DNA from: Dimorphilus gyrociliatus
Lineage: Eukaryota; Animalia; Annelida
Direction: 5' to 3'
DNA: 64,000 nt
Assembly: GCA_904063045.1 (NCBI GenBank)
Contig: CAJFCJ010000007.1
Coordinates: forward strand, 2,177,404-2,241,403
Shown: one piece after another, positions 37,282 to 48,986 of the stretch
Position numbering within the stretch: position 1 is the first letter of the stretch
Layout of the letters: each line of letters starts with the position of its first letter
Notes under the pieces: model-generated
The model's input: only the letters and a program-made list of their open reading frames with translations
The model's database searches: none
Told to the model about the DNA's origin: nothing
Position numbers and translations under genes: made by a program

Positions 37282-39296
37282 TTACAGAGCAGGCACTTCG
37301 TTAGTGTTGATTTTCACCTTGATGAATATAGTATCATCCTTTATGTAATCTTTCTCCCATACTTCATTAATTTCGGCGAATCTTGGTATTCCTAAACTTG
37401 GATTGCGAAAATTTTCTGGTCGTCCAAGAAAAGTGAGATTCTCCTGACTCGGATTGGGAGAGAATGTTGCTGTGATATGTTCCTTTTGTTCGTTGTCCGA
37501 CTGATCTATCAGTATAAATTGTAATGGAAATTTGTAGGGCCACGGTAGCAAGGAGTCATGAGATCCTTTCATGATGCAGAAAAAGATACTCATATGTGTT
37601 CCCAGAGCTCTTCCATCACCACAGGGGCAGAGGCTCAACGACATCTTATATCCGTTATTATGTGTCAGAAAAGCAGGACTGAAGATGGCGCCATATGAAA
37701 ACGTGAACGCGTTCCTTTTAATTTACAACCTACCTGTAAAGTATTGTGTTCTCGCCTTTGGCGGACGATATATACTTCTTCCGGAAACCGTCAATTTTCC
37801 AAATCATCTGACTAGAACTAAATATTTTCTGCACGCTTTCCATCTTGTTTTCCAGCTAGAAAAAAAGAGAGAAATATTGAAGGTCGCTTTTTTTTGTGGT
37901 TGCATAAATTGAATAAGATATATTCTTACGTCCTGCAATATGACATTCTGGTCGATGATATCTTCAGAAGTTAATTCCAATCCACTATTAATTTCACGTA
38001 GCATCTTGGCGATTGTTAAAAGCTTCTGTACTTTATCATCTCTGGTAAAATTGTGTATTAAGTGGCTATTACAAGCTAATTTTAAAAATAATAGGCTTAC
38101 GTGGTCGCATATTGCATGTTACCGCTATTTAAGTCCACTTCCATACCCCTTAAAGCTTGTTCAATCGATTCTTCTCCAGAGATATTCGAAGACAATATCA
38201 AGTTAGGATCAAAGCTGTGCTCCCCCAAAAATATCATAAATAAAATTATAAACAAAGAAAAATCTCCTTGACATTTAACTTACTCAAGATTCGATTCCGA
38301 TTTCAAGTTGTTCACTTCATTAGAAGTTAGTGTGTCCGGTTCGGTTGTACCATTGATTGGTGATTTAGTCGATATTTCTTCTGCTTGACTTTCCTCTCTA
38401 TTTTCTTCCTTGCTGGTCCTCTCTTTCTTACTTTCCTCGTCAGCAGCATTTCCTTCTTGTTTTGACTCATTATCATCATTCAAATTCGCAGGATTAGATA
38501 TTTGTTGCGATTCTACCGCTTCTGTTGGTTCTTTCTGAGTCTCTTCAGGAGTAGGGGTCTCTTCTTTGGGTTTCTCTTTCTTTTCCTCCTCCTGGATGGG
38601 TGTTTCGTCAGATTTTTGCATTTCATCTTCTTTCTTCTCTTCTATTTTCTCTTTTTCTTCAGGCTTAGGTTCAGCTTTTGGTTCTTCGTTAGACTCTTCC
38701 TTCGGCTCAGGTTCCTGCTTAGCATCTTCTTTTTGCTGCGGTTCTACAGCTTCTGTTGACTCAATCGGAGCTGAAGTCTCTTCTTTAGGCTTCTTTTTCT
38801 TCTTTTTCTTTTCTTTTTCCTCTGCTGGTGGTTCTTTTGGCTTTTCGTCTTGTTTATCGTCAGCTGTGTCACCTTTGGCCTCTTCGCCTGGTTTAACATT
38901 GGGTTCTTCTGTGGGCTCTTCTTTCTTCTTCTTCTTCTTTTTCTTTTTTTCCTCCACTGGTTGCTCTTTATCAGCTTCCTTATTTTCATCGACTGATGGG
39001 GGTGCTTCTTTCTTTTTCTTCTTCTTTTTTTTCTCTTCTGGTTTCTCTATCGAATCCTCATTACCTTGTTCATCTACTGGGGGAGGATCTTCTTTCTTCT
39101 TTTTTTTCTTTTTTTTAGTTTCTTCTTTGCTTGGCTCCTCTGTATTATCATCATTCGCCTTGTCAGCAGTTGAATCCGGTTTTACAGCTTCTTCTTTGGG
39201 CTCTTCCTTCTTTTTCTTTTTCTTCTTCTTCTTCTCCTCTACAGGCGCAGGTGGATTCTCTTTAGTTTTATCTTCAGATGGGGCAGATTCGGCCAT
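37282..39296 (-). CDS. Atypical TRAF-family protein: poly-Lys/Glu N-terminus + coiled coil + MATH/TRAF-C domain, multi-exon
   Basis: MATH domain: MIWKIDGF...ILYS|PAFLTHNNGYKMSLSLCPCGDGRALGTHMSIFFCIMKGSHDSLLPWP...DYIKDDTIFIKV. The K/E-rich ORF ends at a GA|GTAAGT donor that joins in phase (69-nt intron 38283-38215) to FDPNLIL... Confidence 0.78.
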
Positions 39297-39531
39297 TTTA
39301 AAAGAGAACACTTTATTTATTTACTTAAAAAGCGTTCAACTAATTAAAAACGAAACAGCTTTCATCAAATGTTCTAATGAATGTGTACAGAATTCTGTGT
39401 AAAATATGCAACGTTTATGCTATGTTTATTGACGTCACTATGTATTTCTAATCAATACAATGTCAAACCAATAAAAAGACAATAGCCGCACTGCGACATT
39501 TACTTACAACACAATTAGGCCTAAACAGTGT

Positions 39532-40923
39532 TCAAGTTTTAAATGGTATTCTAATTGAGTCTGGCCTAGTCACTTTTTCACCGGCAGGAAGAGCATCCCC
39601 ACTCCAAGGTTTGGAATACATGCGAGGGATATCATCAAGATTAACGGAGCGTTCAAATGCGCTGATTACAGAACGATTTGACGACGTAGACCCAAAACTG
39701 TACTTCATTGAGCTTACAGTCGACGCTTTCTCCAACATATCTAGAAATTGTTCGGCCGTTTTCGGTTTCATGGTGCACTGTCGTACGGCTTCACCATATT
39801 GGTAACGCCTTCTTGTTTTTTCACTACCATCTCTGAAGTCGGTAAAAGTTCCGCATCTCACAGGCTGTATTAGGACAGGCTTTGGTTGCTGGAACTTCAT
39901 TGGACTTTCGTAAGAATCGGCTGATTGAACTCGACGCTTTCCGAAATCTAGTGCTACATCGTCGTCAAATTGAACTTTACTAATTGTATGTGGAACGCCT
40001 AAGGCGTATAGAAATTTTTCGAAAAATGCCATTGCATCCTTATGCTTGAAACTGCAAACGTTAAAAAATCGACTGGCATCAGGGTTAATATTCAAAGCCA
40101 ATCGATGTTCAGAATCGTCTGATGAGTCAGACATCATATTTCTCTTTTTAAGCGCGCCTTTTAACATTAAAGCGCAAAGATGCTTCGAATCGTACTTCAA
40201 AGCCATATTTATATCTCTTACAGATCTTGAGAATTCATCTTTTGAAGCGTGAACCATTGCTCGAACGCAATAAACATCTGGGTTACAACAGTCTAAAACA
40301 ACTGCTCTTTCAGCATCTTTTAAAGCCGAACGAATGTCATTTAATTTTGCATAAGCTGTAGCTCTCCTAGCATAGAGCGGTGTAATTAAACAAGAATTGG
40401 CACCACAACCAGCCGCACAACCATTCTGTAATTAAAAAATCTCCCGCGATAAGTAAATTGATTAACTTTAATTAACTGCAAACGGCTAACCTTCGGTAAG
40501 AAAATAGCATGAATGGAATTAGTAAAGTGCTTCAAAGATTTTAGGTGCTCTCCTCCATTCTGTAATGCTACTCCAAGATGATATTCACATTCGTAGAGCT
40601 GTTTAGACATATTTCAAGTTATTCATTTTGTCATTAGTTACCATTTATATGAAGTTATTTATTGAGGAAATAACTTTTAAATGAACTTTTCTATTAAATT
40701 TGAAATTAAAATAGTTGAAATAGATTACCAAAGTTTTCATAAAGTCCGGTTGAATTTCAATAGGAATATCATAAAGCATCCTGAGTAGTCGCCTGTAACT
40801 TTGGACGACCTTTTCCCATTTTGAACTTCTTTCATAGATTAGAGCTTGATTTAGAGCCGCGTTTATGGCTCTTTCCATATCTTTCAAACAGCTGAACGGC
40901 ATCTTTCTACGTCTTCTGTACAT
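39532..40923 (-). CDS. TPR-repeat protein of unknown function, 3 exons
   Basis: LYECEYHLGVALQNGGEH, LYARRAVAYAKLNDIRSALKDAERAV, VYCVRAMVHASKDEFSRSVRDINMAL show TPR consensus positions. Low-complexity C-terminus. Confidence 0.72.
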
Positions 40924-41393
40924 TTTCAATTGAACGCGATAGAGAGTTGAATCGATAGCGATAGGCGCAATTCAAAAAAAAGGTTTTAAATTGAATGTAA
41001 ATTGACAGAGCGGTATTCGAAAGCTTTCAGGACAAATGTAGCCTTGACGACGTTTCGTTCTAAACATATCGATTGGTGCCGTTGATAGTCTCGTTGTTAT
41101 ATTATCGCTACTTTATCTTCTCATTATCAAATTAGTTACATTACAAAAATACCGTATTAGAAATTTATATAAATGGTTATAAAATTTATAGATGATAGAA
41201 ATAAGGATTACATTTATTCGCTTATCTTTTGTTAATAAATTTATGATATAACTAGATTAAGATTTAATTATAGGCCTACCCGTATAAAACCCCCTCCTTC
41301 GTCTTTTGTCACAATTGTATTTACATGCGATCAATTCAATCGACTTGCCAAGCTTAAATAAACTAAGCTACTGTGTGTGTACATTCCGATTTC

Positions 41394-41903
41394 ATGCGTT
41401 TATTGGTCTCCTCTTTGCTCTTATTTGTTATCTACTCCAGTGTTGAAGGTGAAAACAATATTCTTTAGATATCAATTGTAACAATCCATTGTTACAATTA
41501 ATTGCCTATTAAATCTGCTTTTTATTGAAAATATAGGACAGATTCGACGGTGTCCGGCGTATTGTAACGACACTGGCTATTATTTCAATGAATTCTTATG
41601 TCCTCTGGAGTCGTTCTGCTGCGGTACAATGACCAGTATGAGGTGCTGCGTGCACTACTTCGATGCCCTTCCGGTTTGGTTTTCCGTTGTTTTATCAATA
41701 TAATACTTCTTCTTAGTAACATTAGTTTCACATAATAGGATCCAGGAAACGACTCGACGGTTCTGGATTGCGAACTCAAAAGGGATCAACTTCGACTTTC
41801 AGCCAAAAATCACGCATCTTTTGAGAATTTCTACCATTTAATGTTTTTGCTTCCAACTCTTTCGTATCTTCTGTTAAATTACTGTTATTCTTCTCTCAAA
41901 TAA
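41394..41903 (+). CDS. Small secreted/GPI-type Cys-rich Shisa-like protein (not in ORF track); exons 41394-41448, 41537-41673, 41739-41903
   Basis: MRLLVSSLLLFVIYSSVE|GQIRRCPAYCNDTGYYFNEFLCPLESFCCGTMTSMRCCVHYFDALP|DPGNDSTVLDCELKRDQLRLSAKNHASFENFYHLMFLLPTLSYLLLNYCYSSLK*. All junctions are GT-AG and phase-compatible. Confidence 0.75.
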
Positions 41904-42064
41904 ATAAATGTAAACTTAACAATGAATCATTCGCTTCAATTTCTTTTTCAAATGGTCTTTTGGCGCGCAAAAATTCTGGTCGTCCGTTTCCGGATATGGA
42001 TTTTTTCGAATAGTGACCTTGACCTCTCCTGTAAACTAAACAATTTTCCATCATTTGAAAAAGA

Positions 42065-44972
42065 ATGGGAGAGAAAGATCTACCCCTTTGCGGAAATTCG
42101 GATGAAATAAGACTGTACCATTACATACTAGATCTTCATTGCATTCCGGATGAAAAGAAATTTACAGGGTCTATCATAATTTTTTTACGATCTCCCTCTC
42201 CCGGTCAAACGGGAAAGGTCTTTTCAGTCAGAGATTGCGTTCTATTTGACTTAAAAAACAAACTAAATTATGCCAAAGATGAATCAATAAACACTCAGGA
42301 AAATTGGGAATTGAAATTAGATTGTCATCAGTTGGAAATTAGTAAAGTTACTGAATTATTGCTGAGCAATAGTCTTATCCAACAATTACAGACTGGTTCC
42401 ACTCATCTCCTAGAACAGATGAGGGATTGTTATTTAGAATGTTCCACTTGTACTTCAGAATCATGTTTAGATTATGTAATTGAGGAATGGTGCTTAAAGA
42501 TTTCAAAAAGAAATTCCTATCGTCCAGACGATTTCCCAACTGTTATTAAAATATACTATTCAACAAAGCCTAACGGCAAATCTCTTAGATGGTGCATTGA
42601 TCAGGATGGAAAGTATGATATGTTAGTTTTCAAATTAAGATAAAATGTATTCTATTTTATATAGCAAATGCGTCTACACTGCTGGCATGTGGATAAACAA
42701 CAGAGCCTTATTCCCTTCCCAAGAATACGCTTGTCTGTCCACATGGCAATCTTTGATCTCTTGTGATAGCGACTACTATCCATTAATGAGTTCGGATTTG
42801 GAGGGTAGTCGAAAGACAAATTCCAAGTTTTATTTTGAAAGTGCAACGCCAGTTCCTAGTTTCACTTTATGCATTGCTGTTGGTAAGTGGGATTCAAAAG
42901 TCTTAGCACCTATATCCGAAAGCTTTTTAAGCAAGAATGCTAAACAATTCGAATGTTTTCACGATACACCTTGCCCAATTACTTACTGTTTGAATGAAGT
43001 ACTTCCTTGTACTATCTACGCACCAACATCGAGATTGCAGCTTGTATATGATAACTTAAAGTTTACTCTTCATCGATGCGTTGATGTCTTAAAAAAATTT
43101 CTTGGCCCTCATCCATTTTACAGAATGGATATTGTTCTCTTTCCTGCATCGTCTCAAGATTTGGCGTTTGCTAATCCGAATATATTATTTCTCTCAGAGT
43201 CATTTCTATCGAATGATTATAGATTTATCTTAAAGTTGGTGCATGAAATAAGCCATTCGTGGTTTGGTCTTTTAATTGGCGCTAAAGATTGGACAGAAGA
43301 ATGGCTAAGCGAAGGATTTGCAACGTTTGTTGAAGATTTATTAATAGAAGAACTTATCGAGGTTGGCTATATATTATTGTTTATTTTTACCCGTAAGCCT
43401 TGAAAGGTAAAGTACTTTGGTAAACTAGAATGAAAATCCAAAAGAAATTAGGGAAATACGATACCGTATGAGATTATCGACACTAAAATCCGAATTGGCC
43501 CATACAGATAAAAATTTGCAAGCTTTAAGGTACAAAAGAAACTACTTAATAAAAGTCTATTAATTATCCTATTAATTGCAAATTAATCTAACTTCTGTTT
43601 TGTTTTCTAGACCAAATAAAGGCGAAGATGTATACGAAAATGAAGAAGTAAAGTTCATTAAAAATGGAATGAATCCTGAAAAGCAATTTACTCAGGTGCA
43701 TTATTTAAAGGTAAAACATTTCTGTCGTGGAATTAATTGTTTAGAGTAAAAAAAAAAAAGATGGATCTTTCTTAAGGGATATTTCCTACTTTCCTATCTC
43801 TACGAATACTCTGGAGCCGAAAGTTTTAAATTATTCTTACGGGAGTACGTTATGCTATACCATGGATCCATGGTTAATTCTAAAGTAAATTTTGTGAATA
43901 AATAAAATATCTCTATAATCTAATAGTAATCATATTTTCCTTCGATTAAAGGATGTCCTTACATTGTTCTTCCGAATGAATCCTCAATTAGAGTTGAGTA
44001 TTTATTTTTAATGAATTATTTAAATATATACATTCATATACAATTGATAAATGGAGAAATATTTTCTGCTGTTCCCCTCCACAGAGATCCAATAAAGTTT
44101 AACGATACATATTTATATAAAGTATGGCTGGATTCAGCAGAACTACCAGAAGTAAGTTATATACATTATATATATATATATATATATATATTAGTATATA
44201 TATTATTTTAACTGTTTAAACTATGAAAACAAAACATATTCAGTGTTTGACCGAGCGACTAGACGAGAACAATACTTTGTATAAACAATGCTTAGAAGCG
44301 GTACGTTTAATATTTCCTTTCATATTTATTATATATCATATAATTATTACGTGGGAAAATTGTCCTGTTTAAAAGGAAAAATTCTGGAAGGGTTTAAAAT
44401 TGAGAAAAAGTCGTAAAAAGAGGAAAATTGACTTTAGTCAAATAAGAAAAGTAAGTTTTTCTTTGTTGTGTTTATTTTTGTAAAATGAAGAAACTTTGTT
44501 AATTTTTTAATGTGTTTTTTTTTATCTTTTTTTCATTTCTCTCTTCCTTTAGATGAATTGTTTTCAATTGGAACTTTTATTAGATTTAATCATTAGGTGG
44601 ACGTCAAAAAGGATGAATACACAGTGCATGAAACATCTAAATGAAGTTTATCGATTCGATGAATGCAATGCCGACGTAAGCAATTTACCCTGTGCCGAAT
44701 TGACTATTTTACAGTTTAACCCTATAATCTTACAGATAAGGCACAGATGGTCAGAATTAGTTATTCGAACCGATTACGCCCCTGCGTTCGACGAACTACG
44801 AAATTTTTTATTAAATAATCAGGCAATGGGCGTCTATCTGTATGGAGAAGCGTCGATCTTAGGAAGTAGACGTTTAAAGTCGTTGGTAATCGAATGCTTT
44901 AGAGCAATCGAAGACGAAATGGAAGAAGGGGCTAGAAAGGCTGTTCGAGTGATGCTGTTTGGCGAAGAGTAA
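42065..44972 (+). CDS. AOPEP: Aminopeptidase O (M1 family zinc metallopeptidase), multi-exon
   Basis: DLPLCGNSDEIRLYHYILDL N-terminus, NNRALFPSQE, HEISHSWFGLLIGAKDWTEEWLSEGFATF (HEXXH-x18-E), C-terminal RHRWSELVI...QAMGVYLYGE. Confidence 0.92.
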
Positions 44973-45596
44973 TAGTAATTATTGTTTGGACACGTCAAAC
45001 ATTTTAAGTATATAATTCGTCCTCGGAACAAGACATGAATCAAAAGAGAATGGAAATAAGATTTTTCTTTTTTCTGCTCTTCTTCATTCCTTTTCGACCT
45101 CTCTTTGGACAATCATTAAAACTTCTTACTTGGAATCTGATATTACTTTAGATTTCTAGATTGTTCAACACAACAACCATTTTACAAACTGAAGAATACT
45201 ATTTATTCTTTATCTGGAGTGATATAATGAAAACTAGCAAAAAATCTTTAAAATTGAATATCGGTTCTCAGGAAGAGAGATGCGTGACTATTTTATTAAG
45301 TATTTAATAATTGACATACTTCTTTTTCTTTTCTTAATCGTCTAAATTTTTTATACGTCTATTATATTTTTACTTTACTTAAATGCTAATAGTTAATAAA
45401 TAGTTTATAACTTAATATCTATTTCGATTTTTATTCAATTTCACTACTTGCCGCAAAAGTAGGTGAGTCGCCACTATCGAAGTTAACCTCTCTTGTTTAT
45501 ATTACTGGTAACCAGTCTTTTTTTATTGCTTGTAATCTCTGACAGAGCATTTTATTTGAAGAAGTTAATTGAAATTCATCATTGCAATTTGTGATA

Positions 45597-46911
45597 ATGT
45601 CCTCCAAAGTAGCTATAGTAAGTTTTTAACAACATGCTATAAAAATACGGGTAATTTTCGTATAAATATGCAATTTGACACGCATGTGCGCTTTCCACAC
45701 TCGTAACAGGTCACTGGAAGTAACAAAGGTGTCGGCTTCGGCATCGTTAGAGGTCTATGTAAGAAATTCGATGGAGATGTATACTTAACCGCAAGGAATC
45801 AGCAGCGGGGTGAAGCAGCAGTCGAGCTGTTGAAGAAGGAGGGTCTGTCTCCCAAATTTCATGTCCTAGATATTGACAACGAAGAAACGATCATGAAAAT
45901 CAGGGACTTTTTGAAGGAGAAATATGGAGGATTGGATTTATTAGTTAATAATGCCGGGATCGCCTATAAAGTAATACCGATACCTTCCTTGTTCTCAATT
46001 CATGACATTACAACTAAAACAATTAGTTAGAGCTCACTTTAAACAATTGATTTTCTAGGGAAATGCCACTGAACCATTCGGAGAACAAGCCGAAGTTACA
46101 TGCAAAACAAATGTATACTCAACCATCCGAGCTTGCGAAATTCTATTTCCTATACTGAAACCGAAAGCGAGGTTTAATACTTAGTTATAAGTTATTGTTC
46201 GATCATCTTCAATAATTTTATTTCTTCTAGAGTGGTTCACTTATCGAGTCTGGTTTGTCTAATGTCTTTCTCGAAGTCTAAACCGAATATTCAATCATCC
46301 TTTCGAAACGCTAAAACGATTGACGACGTGAAGAAGCTGATAAGCGATTTCGTTGAGGCCGCCAAAAGCGGCAATCACCTCGAAAAAGGCTGGCCTAGTT
46401 AGTGTACCAGAAGAAATGACAGAGAAATTTCTTCTGACTTTTTACCTAATTTATTCTTGGATCTGATATTGAAGAAACGTATCGTATACCGTTAAATCTA
46501 TAAATTGAACGCCTTTTATCTCAACTACAGATACGGCTTATGGTGTATCAAAAATGGGTGTAAGCGCCATTACTCACATACAGCAAAAAGAGTTTGATAA
46601 GGATGGCAGACATATTATTGTAAATTCAGTAAGTGAGCGATTTTTCCCAAAATGTCATTCTATACGTCTCTCAAATTGACAGTGCTGCCCGGGATATGTC
46701 GATACTGATATGACTAGCCATAAAGGCGTGAAAACCATAGATGAAGGTAACGCATGTTTTCATCATTTCACGTTCTTCCGATATCAATCTAATTTTTTTT
46801 AAATCAGGCGCACAGACCCCATTATGGCTATCGCTTATGGATGAAAATTCCCAAGTATATCCAAGGGGAGAATTTTGCCAAGAGATGAGAATTTCCAAAT
46901 GGATGGCATAG
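45597..46911 (+). CDS. CBR1: Carbonyl reductase (NADPH) CBR1-like SDR, multi-exon
   Basis: MSSKVAI|VTGSNKGVGFGI, DLLVNNAGIAYK, AYGVSK (YxxxK), CCPGYVDTDMTSHKG, GAQTPLWL, ending KWMA*. Confidence 0.9.
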
Positions 46912-47025
46912 AGTTTTATAATTTAATAATTGAAATTTTCGTCGACAAATAAATTTTGCATAAATATAAAACAATATATGCATATTATGTCCATAATATA
47001 CTGTCTTTATACATTTACAAGGCAT

Positions 47026-47030
47026 ATATA

Positions 47031-47065
<35 letters not shown>
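47026..47065 (+). repeat. (TA)n microsatellite
   Basis: Long TA run. Confidence 0.9.
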
Positions 47066-47070
<5 letters not shown>

Positions 47071-47154
47071 TGTATATATGACACATATACTTATATATCA
47101 GAGTGATAGATATTTCGTTATTCTTGTGTGAGAGAGCGTCACTAGAAAGTCTTC

Positions 47155-48192
47155 CTAGAACTTTTGTAATGTTGTCGAACGACTAAAATTAACTGAAGTC
47201 CGTTTCTTCATTAACGCTACAGTCTGTCTACCAGCACCATCGGCGGGGGCGGACTTCATTCGTAACGCCTTTCTAACATACTGACGAAAGTGGGCGTTAG
47301 ACGCCAGACATACGTACAGATTAACGGAATGATTAAGAAACATAAACATTTCAGCAACAGTCATCGCTAAATTCACTTTTGCGAAAGTCTCTGTATCCTC
47401 AGCAACGGACGGTATTGATAGGGTGATAACGAGTATGCAAACGGGAAGCGTGCAAATTAGACATAGCGTAGCGACGCTAATTAGCATTATGGTTGTCCCT
47501 TGTGATAATTTGGCCAGCGTCGATTTGGCACCACGTCGGTACCGAAAATAACGCTTTTCCTTTATTAGTTTGCACAATATCATTGTCGTACAAATGCATA
47601 CTACAACACTTGGAATACAAGCGTACATAGCCAGATCATACCATGGGTATATATTCCAAGCGTATTCCGTCAAGTACTGATTCCTTCCTTTACATCGGTG
47701 AAATCTATTTGGGTCCGATTCATCACCAGGGATGAGCAATAATAACGGTATCCCCCACAGCATGGCTAAAACTACAACTCCGCAAACAACATACTTGGCG
47801 ACCTTGGTCGTTCGAACACTTTTCGACTTGATTGGAGCATAGATTGCTAGAGCTCTATCAATAGTCACAGCTAGAACCATCCATTCTGATACTTGCCCTG
47901 GAGGAATATGAAGAAAGGTTGGTATTGCGCAACCTAAAGTCACTCTTAAATCAGTTTCATCTCTTGTTTGTCCCGTCCTCATATGCCATATCAATCCAGT
48001 TGTAGCAAAAGTAAAATCCGCCAAAGATAATGCAGACATATAAACATTTGTTGACGTTGCAGGAGCGTATCTAAAAAACACAACAGCACAAAGTATATTT
48101 GAGAGAGGTTCAACAGCCAATAAAAAAGGAGCATAAACGGCTTTTAACTGTAGTGATTTGTCCAAAAGCAACGTTACCGTTGCGTTCTGCAT
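47155..48192 (-). CDS. Intronless rhodopsin-class GPCR, peptide-receptor-like orphan
   Basis: Seven hydrophobic segments with SALSLAD (TM2), VTIDRALAIYAP (TM3), CIPS (TM5), ICTLP (TM6) and NHSVN...FR (TM7/H8). Confidence 0.9.
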   Translation of the reverse strand: MQNATVTLLLDKSLQLKAVYAPFLLAVEPLSNILCAVVFFRYAPATSTNVYMSALSLADFTFATTGLIWHMRTGQTRDETDLRVTLGCAIPTFLHIPPGQVSEWMVLAVTIDRALAIYAPIKSKSVRTTKVAKYVVCGVVVLAMLWGIPLLLLIPGDESDPNRFHRCKGRNQYLTEYAWNIYPWYDLAMYACIPSVVVCICTTMILCKLIKEKRYFRYRRGAKSTLAKLSQGTTIMLISVATLCLICTLPVCILVITLSIPSVAEDTETFAKVNLAMTVAEMFMFLNHSVNLYVCLASNAHFRQYVRKALRMKSAPADGAGRQTVALMKKRTSVNFSRSTTLQKF

Positions 48193-48986
48193 GACGACTA
48201 GGCGAAAACTGCTAGCCAGTCTCTCTTCTTCGATGGTAATTTATTCGCAGCTGTTTTCCTTCTAAAACACCGCAATAATACTGAGAGAAGTTAAGCGGGC
48301 ATAGTCTATGTCGTATTTTTTTATATGAAAAGTAAACCGTCCGTGAATAGTTTGACAAATTCCGTTGTCCGTCTTTTATTTCGATCTTCTCGGGACGTCG
48401 GAAGAGATTATACGAGGCTTAAATGTGATTTCTCGAGTCTATGCGCCCGAAAATTCCGTCATCGTTCTCGCCTTATCTTATTGTCTAAAAATAGAAAAAA
48501 AAAAGTATTGTCGACTAGCATTCTTTTGCAGTCGGCTTATTTTCAAGATAAGACGAAATAGAGTATGTTTACACTGTTTTTTTTTTATCTTTATATTTCA
48601 CAGCAACGCACTTATGGCGCCCAAATAGCACATTTCTATAACAACTATACATGCACAAAGTCATATTATATGTGCATATATAGTGTACGGTAATAAAGAG
48701 CATTTTATATTTCTCTTCCTATAATATAAAATGCACTTATTTTATATAAAAAAGATTAAGATATATACATATATTTTCGTGAATATTTAACTACTATACT
48801 GTACATTCACTGCAATATATGCATACTTATACTGTATATAAATATATGTACAGTATACATAACTGATATAGTTATGGCTATATACTAAAAAATAAAATAA
48901 AATAACTATTCTATACATTTTACAGACAAAACTGCAAACAAAAAAGTTTGAGGTATCAAAAATATCATGTAGATGGCGCCCAATTT

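Noticed and set aside
38566-39402. 278-aa plus-strand Ser/Phe-rich ORF
   Set aside because: Antisense shadow of the K/E-repeat exon; poly-AAG read backwards gives poly-Phe/Ser without stops.
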